A stretch of 63,632 bases of DNA, filler included, from Reclinomonas americana ATCC 50394 (lineage: Eukaryota), in assembly GCA_048213135.1 (NCBI GenBank). It is 9 parts of 5 records of this genome, joined end to end, with 100 filler letters (N's around TTAATTAATTAA, not from the genome) between each part and the next. Parts side by side here need not be neighbours in the genome. Positions count along the whole stretch, not along the records: positions 55,414 to 60,068 come from PS015635.1; positions 60,169 to 63,632 come from PS015635.1; 7 more parts are not named here. One strand, 5' to 3'. Below, piece by piece: positions 55,484 to 63,632 of this stretch; the first letter of the stretch is position 1; each line of letters starts with the position of its first letter. The translations under genes and the position numbers were made by a program. The notes beneath the pieces are model-generated. The model saw nothing but the letters and a program-made list of their open reading frames with translations, was not told the DNA's origin and did not search any database.

Positions 55484-55563
55484 TCTTCTTCTTCTTCTTC
55501 TTCTTCTTGTTCTTCTTCCTCTCCTCCTCCATCTCACCTACTTCTCTTTTCTCTCGCTCTCAG

Positions 55564-56295
55564 GTTCAACAACCTGAACTTGGACTACTTCACGGAGACG
55601 GTGCGCCCCCGCCACCCTCTCTGCATGCCCACCTTCTCTCCTTGTGCCCACCCTCTCCCTCTCCACAGTACAACATCCAGTTCTACGTGCAGTACCTGTG
55701 CCAGTGGCCCGAGTACTTTTTGCTGGCCGAGTCGCCGCAGGGCCGCCAGATGAGCTACAGTTGCGCCGCCCTCTTCCACCCCTCTTTCGTGCACTGCGCG
55801 TGACTCTGCTGTCACAGTTATGGGCAAAGTGGAGGGCCTCAACGAAAACTGGCACGGTCACGTGACAGCACTGACGGTGGCTCCCGAGTACCGACGCATT
55901 CGCATGGCTGACAAGTTTCAATAATCCTTTGTCAACCATTTTTCCTACCTTTTCTATTGACTCACCTCCACGCAGGATGATGGCCTTCCTGGAGGAGGTG
56001 TCGGAGCGTGTGCACGACGGCTACTTTGTGGATCTCTTTGTGCGCGTGAGCAACGCCGTGGCCATTGACATGTACAAGAAGTTCGGGTACACGGTGTACC
56101 GCGAGGTCATTGGGTATTACAGCGGGGAGGAGAATGCATACGGTTTGTGTCTTCCTCACTTGATGAATTGTGTCCCTCTACGTGCACTGACACACTGCTT
56201 GTTCTACAGACATGCGCAAGGCGTTACCACGCGACGTACACAAAAAGAGTATCATTCCGTTACCGCATCCAGTGTATCCGAGCGACTTGGATTGA
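55564..56295 (+). CDS. NAA20: N-terminal acetyltransferase B catalytic subunit (first exon in gap)
   Basis: FNNLNLDYFTETYNIQFY..WPEYF..YIMGKVEG..WHGHVTALTVAPEYRR..FVDLFVRVSNAVAIDMYKKFGY..YYSGEENAYDMRKALPRD. Confidence 0.96.
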
Positions 56296-56392
56296 GCAGG
56301 CGGGCGCCGCACTGCCTGCATGTCAGCGGTGTCCATATAAAGAATTGCAACACTGCTGCTGCTTTGCAAAACATAATATTCATTCGCCATAT

Positions 56393-59300
56393 TCACGTCA
56401 CCATCCGCCTCAACACCGACTCGGTGGATTTGTTGACCACTGAGCGTGCAGGTCCGTACGCCGACGCCGAGCCCGTGATGATGCCGAGCACCACCACCGA
56501 GGTGAACAGGAGCCAGGGGAACACGGCCTGCAGCGGCAACTGCGTGAACAGCACCTGCTGAATGGTCATCGTGTAGCTCACGACGTTGCCTGCACACGGG
56601 TGAGTGCAAGAGTATTTGACCCTCCCGCGCCAAGCTCGCTCACCAATAACAAAGCCCATGATCGACGATGACAGCACCAACACAATGGCTTCGTAGACGT
56701 ACACCCGCGTGACGAGATGCCGACGAGCGCCAAGAGCACGCAAAATCTGCACATCAACGACAGGCGCGTGAGAAAGGAACTTTACAATGAGCAGGCGACG
56801 ACGCCAAAACGCAACTCCCATCTCCTTCGACTGCTCATGCACATTCGAGTACATGCTGGCCAGCAGAGAGAAGAAGCAAAGAGCTGCCACAAGAAACGGG
56901 GATCAGCACAGATGCTGCGATACTCGGGAAAAAAGGCACTCACCCATCGCAATGACCGTGCAAAACAGGAAAAACACGTCGAGCACCAGCGTCACTTTGC
57001 CAATGGCCTGCGTGCGCTGATTAAAGTCCCACCACCAAAATCCGTAGCTGTTGAGCGCGGACAACTCAGTCTGTGCGTGAGGTGGGTGAGTGAGAGTGGC
57101 AAGAGCACACACACCATCAGCCACGACGCGCACCTTCAGTTGCTGAATGTCTTTGCTCGACATGTTGTCGGGCAGACGCAAGAAGATCTCTCGCATGGAC
57201 ATGTCGTCGAGACTGCGGAAACGCCCGGCCGACATCTCCACCATGGTGGGGAGGGAGACCACCATGTCCTGCCACAGATTCATCGTCATCACACATGGTT
57301 ACAACGGAGGAATTGAAAGGGAAGATTGCGAAACTTGCACGCGGTACAAGTTGGGGAACTGCGAAAAGGCGTATCGCGGACTGGCATCCATCATGCCCAC
57401 CGTGTTGACAGGCAGCAACAGCTCCTGCACAAACACAGCACAGATGAGCAACGACCACGGGAAAATATCGAATGACGTCACACTCACCGCTCCGCTTCCC
57501 GTTCCCGCATACGGACTGAGATGGAAGAGCGGGGCGAACCGCGTGACATTCACCAGCAGCGAGGTCTCATAGTACGACCCGACAAGGGCGTCCAGCGAGC
57601 CGCGACGAGCGTACAACTGCTCGCCAATGGACTGCGCACGAGGATAAGACGGAGAGTGAATGTGAGCACACAATCCACACCCTCGTAGACTCCTTCACGC
57701 ACCAATGTGGACGGATACTCCATCGACTGCACGTGCAAGAACTGCTCCTTCATCACATCGAATGCGGTCGGCGACACGGCAAACACATCGACATCGGCGT
57801 AGGCGTATCGACCGGCCGTTTGTACTCGCGTGTACTCAATGTCGCCAGTCTGTCCCCGTAAATCCGACGAGCCCCACGCCCAGCCGAGCACTTTCGAGTT
57901 CGACGACACAATGTTCTCCACCTCGCGAATCGTGTTCGGTGCGTTGCGTGTGTTGCCAGTCCATGTCTCGGCCTGCGTGGATGGCACAGAATGGGATGAA
58001 CAATGATGGGAAAATGCGTGATCGGCAGTGTGAAAACTGGGACGAGAACGAGAAGGACAAAAAGACAAGGGGACAGGGAGAGGAGTACGGAGGGAATGGG
58101 AGAGAAGACGAAATGAGAATACAGACAGACGGGTAGACAGTGTGCAAGTGACAGAGATTCAGAAAGTGAGAGAGACTATGAGTGAGACAGCGACTTGAGA
58201 GAGAAGAGATAGCAGAAAGATACAAGTACCGAGCCAAAGAACGCAATAGGAGCTCAACAAATACAAGAGGAGAGAGAGGACAGAGAGAGACCGAAAACGC
58301 TCGCACCTTGAGTTGTACTCCACCGCGCTGCAATTGAGCATACGATGCCGACTGAATCTGGGTCGCAAACGTCACCGACAGGAAAATGATAAAGCCGAGA
58401 CTGTGACAGGGCACGCCATCGTGAGTTGAACAAACAACATACCACACACACACACACGCACACTCACTTATTCACCTACTCACTCTCTCTCTCTCTCTCT
58501 CTCTCCTCCCCTTCCCCTCTCCACTCCCTCTCCTCCTGACACCCACCTAATGGCATACATGATGGTGGTCTTGCGGTTGCGTGACTTGTGCGAGACCAGA
58601 TTCTTGACCACCAGCATTCGCACGGCGGCGTTCTCCCAGAAGAAGAGCAGGTATGTGATACCAAACTCGAGGAAGCGTTCCATGTTGAGCGCCAGCAGCA
58701 CAAGACCAAAGAGCATGCCGAGAATCACCAAGAAGAAGATGTTGAGCAGTAGTCCAAACGCCTGCGTCAGCAGTGCGAGCGGGAACACGTAGTACGTGCT
58801 GAATCTGCGGTCGGGTTAGAAAAGGTGGGTCAGCAGGCAGAAGATACACAAAAAAATGCATTCGTGCTTTCACAAACCCAAATACGGTGAGCAGCAGACC
58901 AATCCAGATCGTGCCCCATGGTATGGGTCCATCTTGTGCGCGCTCGATTTCGTACTGCGTGACAGTGAAGTGAGTTCCGAGAGCAAGACAGCACAACACG
59001 ACTCCAAGAGAATGCACCGTCACCGCCTGTGTCCGGGGCCTCTCCGTGTCCAAGGCCTCTTGCAAACGAGCCGACAGCGCCGCCCGAGCCGGGAACACAC
59101 TGGCAGCGCCGGCCACCACCACCGCCAAGACAGTGGCGCCGAGTACCGCCCACCCAGCCAGTTCAGACGGGAGAGTGACTGACACGAGGGTTTCGAGGCC
59201 AGCCGACACGCTGCCGATGGAGGGGGAAACGGTGTGAGACAAGACAATACTCCCAAAGTTGAGCGGCAGTTGCGCAACTAAATCCACGCAATGCGAGCCA

Positions 59301-62300
59301 GAATGAGTCCCGCCACCCATGCGGGTATGGCGTAGGAGAGAGCCTGGATCACGTGCAGGGGTGAGCGCCCAACGCACATGCAGAGCAAAGGTTGTTGTGC
59401 TCACCTGAACAAAGACCAGCTGTACAAGTCCTAATCTGGTCATGCCGATCATGCGCATCACTCCCAGCTCAAACACGCGCGTCTCCACATCAATCTGGTG
59501 CGCGCTGCGATCAGGAGAGAGCAAGGCAAGGACGCAACAACTCGCGACGCACCATCAGCAGAGAGTAGATCAGAATGACGGAGAGGAGGGTCAACATGAC
59601 GGTGACCACGTTGATGATGAGGGAGAGGAAAAGTGTGAAAAATCTGCACATACGCAGTGAGCGCGCAAACCAGAGAGAAATTGCGCGACAGCTGCGATCA
59701 ACAGAGACCTAGTTTGTTGGAGGAAGCCGAGAACCGGCAAGTTGGTATCGAACTGATTGAAGCCGGCCACGTATCGCACTTGCGATGCCAGCGACGTGAG
59801 TTTCTCTTGGATCGACTCGTAGTCCGTGGTGCCGTACGTGTCCATTCGCGGTGGCGGCACATTGTACAGAGCCTGTGCGGCATAGTCGGTCATTCGGAGC
59901 GAGGCCATGCTGCGCGGGTACAAGAACCGTGAGACAATGAACAAGGACACTCTTTCGCAATGTATGCGCACCGATCGCGCGTATCGGTGTAGATGAGTGG
60001 GTTGCTGTTGTTGGCCAGCAAGCGCGGGAAGAACGACGACTCGGTCAGGATGAGATTGTCGATACCTGNNNNNNNNNNNNNNNNNNNNNNNNNNNNNNNN
60101 NNNNNNNNNNNNTTAATTAATTAANNNNNNNNNNNNNNNNNNNNNNNNNNNNNNNNNNNNNNNNNNNNAAAGGGGGAAGGGGAAGGGGGAAAGGGGGAAG
60201 GGGAAGGGGGAAAGGGGGAGGAAAGGAAAGAGCAAAAAGGAGAAGGGACAGGACGGAAAGAATGAGGGGGAAGGGCAAGGGAGGGATGAGGGGAAAAGGT
60301 GCGTCAACGATAAAGTCGAAGATGGACATGGAATACTTAGCGAACGTGTCGCATCTCCTCTCCTCGCGAAGACGCTGCTCTCTATTTCTTCTATGTCGCG
60401 GCTCTGCAACCCTTCTTTGTTCACCCGTCTGCCTCCCCTTGCTATACACCCCTCGAACAACAGAATATCCACTCTTTCCTCTCGTTTCCCTCTTATCGTG
60501 TTCATTATTCTGTCAAGCTGTCTGTCCTCGCTCTGTCCACTCTCTCTCATCCCACTCTCTTTCACCCCTGTCTGTCCTCGCTCTGTCCACTCTCTCTCAT
60601 CCCACTCTCTCTTTCCCTCTCTGATGCTGCCTTGCACCTCTTCGTCCTCCTCGACCAGCCTGCCACTTTTTCTCACTCCTTCATCCTCCTCTCTCTCTCT
60701 ATCCTCATCCCCTCTCGCTCTCCCTCAACCTCTCCTCTCTCCTCCCCCCGTATCGCACTCACCCTATTGTATGTGCCTGCCCCCTGGTTATCCAAGTCGG
60801 CATCATCGGTAAGCTGGAAAAAGCTGCCACGCGGCAAGCCGAACGCCAGATGCATCATGTCGCCAATGTGCACATTGATGTTGGCGGCCATCAGCTCCGA
60901 GATGACACTGCATGCGGGGTGAGAGAGAAACACCAACGCAAGCAAAGGAGTCGACAAACGTACACTTGACCCGGCGGAATCACGCCACCCGTGTACGCGC
61001 GGCCGAGACCCATCAGCTTCTCCGCTTGCGAATCGATCACCAGCATGGTGGCTCCGCGACTGGCGTACACAGGGCACAAATAGAAGAAGCAGTCGGCCGA
61101 GCGGTCATTGTACACCTCTGTGGCACGAGGGATGAGTGGAGAAGAAAAGCAGAAGGCAAATGAGAATGCCTCCTCACCTCCTTGCGCACATCCGCCAGGC
61201 TGCGTGGCATTGTAGGCCCAGTACGTCGTTGAATCGAATTGCGTCTGCACCGCCCAAACACGGTGAGGGATAGGGCTATTTGCAAACTTCGCTCCCTCTC
61301 TCCTCCTTGCTTCTCATTCTCACAATTCCACTCCTCTGCAGTTTCTCTCAACCTTCCTCTCTTCCCACCCCACGCAACAAAGTTGGCGGCTGGCGACGAA
61401 CACATGTTGGCCAGATACACATCCGTGTACACCGTGGAGCGAGCGGTGGCAAACGAGAACTGATGATGTGGATCCTGCACGGCCAGTGCCTCCGTTAACC
61501 TCGTAAAGTTGAGCGAGCGGGCGCCATTCGTCGGCACCAACTGCACATCGATCTCGCCATTGTTGGTCTCGGCCAGACGCAAGGAGATGATCGGAATGAC
61601 CTGCCGCCCCAGGGTGTGTGTAAGAGCGTGCGCGCAACGAGAGAAAGAGAGAGCAAATGATCGCGCAACATTCAGCGTCGTCTGCGCCAACGCAAACACA
61701 AACACGACCACGAGACAACTCGACAAGCCGAGGCAATACGACACCTTGCGCTTCTTGATGTTGTTCCACGACTGCTGCCGATACAGTCCAAACCACTTGC
61801 CGCACAGACACGACGTCAACCAGCCCTGCTTCTCCTCAACCTGCCGCGACGAGCGCCTGCACCCATGACTCATCGTGAGCGAGGAGTTGTCGCCTGAAAA
61901 AAATTCGCGCGCGCCACACACTCAACTTGATAGGCTCCCGCAAAATCTCTGCAATTGGCCGCGCCGCAAAATGCACTCTCCTCGCGCGCTGCGATGACGT
62001 GGCGGTGCCGGTGGATCCGCGTCGGCTGCTGGCCACCGACGACGCACCGACCGAGTTGGCCGAGGTGCGTCGCATCAAAGGCGGCCGCTCATTGGCGCCT
62101 GACTTTACACTGGCCGCGAATGACAAGTGCGGTTGCGACACGGAGCGCACTGTGCGGAGACGCGCGGGTCGCGGTAGAGGCGAGCCCGGCGGCTTGAGCG
62201 AGCCTCGCCGAAGGATCGGAGTCACCGGGATAGCGGCTGCTGCTGTTGAGGTTGCATCGCCACCGCCACCTGTTTGACTCGCAGTGTCGCTGTTGGCCAC

Positions 62301-62333
62301 TTCAATGGACAGCGGCACTGGTGGCGCACTCAT
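56393..62333 (-). CDS. Eukaryotic FtsX/MacB-like (DUF214) permease with two permease domains
   Basis: IDVETRVFELGVMRMIG, LLALNMERFLE, LVVKNLVSHKSRNRKTTIMYA, FFSLLASMYSNVHEQSKEMGILRALG..VYEAIVLVLSSSIMGFVIG, over about 20 GT-AG introns. Confidence 0.85.
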
Positions 62334-62570
62334 GCTGTGCGTGGAGAGAGAGAGAGACAGAGTGAGAGACATGTCACAAAAACACGACAGTTTGGTTGAC
62401 ACGCGCGTGTGCGCGCGCGGGGAAAAGATATGCGAGTGTCGTTGTGTGCATCAGTGTGTGTGTGATCGAAGTGCCATTTACCTGGGCTCACGCTGTGCGA
62501 CCTTCGGCGACCGATCGACGGAAATGGATGACCGGCGCACTTCAATTGCGGCCAATTGCGTTTGTCGATG

Positions 62571-63320
62571 CTTGAGGATGACGATGGCAGCAGCTCCTCC
62601 TCGCTGCTGCTTCGTAGCGGCGAGGCGATCTCTGATCGACGCGGTTTCGTGCAGCGTTTGCCACGTGTTTCCATTGCCGCAGCTGTTGTGCTGCTCGTCG
62701 TAGGCGCGTGTGTCGCTGTGGTGGTGTGGCAGACGCGCACAAGCACACTGGCGTCACTGGTGACGATAAAAAACTCATTGCACTCTTGGTCGTAAAAGTC
62801 ATATTCACTTTTCATGCACAGGTCGAATGCAACGCCGATATGCTGACCGTGGCGGCGCTGATTGACGAGCGCGGAGTTCTGCTGTCGGAGTTGCAGACGG
62901 AGAAGCGAGCGGCGGAGCAGCGGGTGGCGCAATTGAATGCCAAGTTCAACGATGCGCTGCGTGATGCCGAGGAGCTGGAGGATGAGTTGCACAGGGTGAC
63001 GACGCAAGGTGGTGACGAGGAGACGCAGAGTGAGAAGGGACCGTTGGTGTGTCCGCCGGCTGGAGCCGCAGCTGTGTCGCCGGTGTTGACGTCGTTGGAG
63101 TTTTGGCGGCGAGTGAGCGGGGCGAGCAAGGTCGATGAGGAGTGTGAGCAAAAGGTGGGGCGCGCGATGCTGCTGCGGTCGCCGGCCAATGTCGTGACCA
63201 TGTGCACCCCGAGTCCCAAGTTCCCCGCCAGCTCGACGTCGACTATCGCGTGCAACAAGCTCACGGGGGCCTGTGATATGCGACGTGTGGCGGTCAATTT
63301 TCAGTTGTTGGAGAGTGCGT
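62571..63320 (+). CDS. Type II membrane protein with a coiled coil (possible glycosyltransferase stem), 3' partial
   Basis: TM VSIAAAVVLLVVGACVAVVVW, intron, coiled coil ELQTEKRAAEQRVAQLNAKFNDALRDAEELEDEL, then a Cys-rich luminal segment. Confidence 0.55.
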
Positions 63321-63483
63321 GTGGAAGGGGAAGGGGGAGGAGAAAGGGGGAAAGGGGGGGGGGAAGGGGAAGGGAGGGTGGGAGGGGGAAGGGGCAAGAG
63401 GAGGAGAAGGAAGAAGGAGGCAAGAGGAGAAGAAGGAAGAAGGACAAGAACAAGAGGAGGGAGGGAGAGAGAGAGAGAGAGAG

Positions 63484-63530
<47 letters not shown>

Positions 63531-63632
63531 CGACGACGTACGGTACGGACGAAGGAAGGAAGGAAAGGAAAGGTAAAGTAAAGTAAAACGGAAACGACCG
63601 TAACGGTAAACGTAAAAACGTTAAAAGGGTTT

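Overview
Eukaryotic, GC-rich, intron-dense draft genome, probably from a flagellated protist (inferred from SAS-4/CENPJ and short 55-90 nt introns). The window has many N gaps and eight artificial TTAATTAATTAA linkers. Spliced genes reconstructed by eye: FkbM-like methyltransferase with a divergent partner gene, Ran, SAS-4/CENPJ, a GT54-like glycosyltransferase split by a probably mis-oriented contig, two copies of a TPR gene, a REJ/GPS polycystin-1-like receptor, a double NRK-like kinase, TBCE, condensin CAP-G, a folate-receptor-like Cys-rich protein, a 7TM gustatory/odorant-receptor-like channel, an ankyrin protein, AsnRS, a protein kinase, NAA20 and an FtsX-like permease. Most striking signal: a second, abundant class of 5' splice site shifted by one base (GTTGCG/GTTGAGT, G at +6 instead of +5). 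It occurs almost only where the exon does not end in G, at more than 20 introns in 9 genes. Second: a complete 7TMIC/GRL-like channel gene. All exon structures are manual and have no RNA support.
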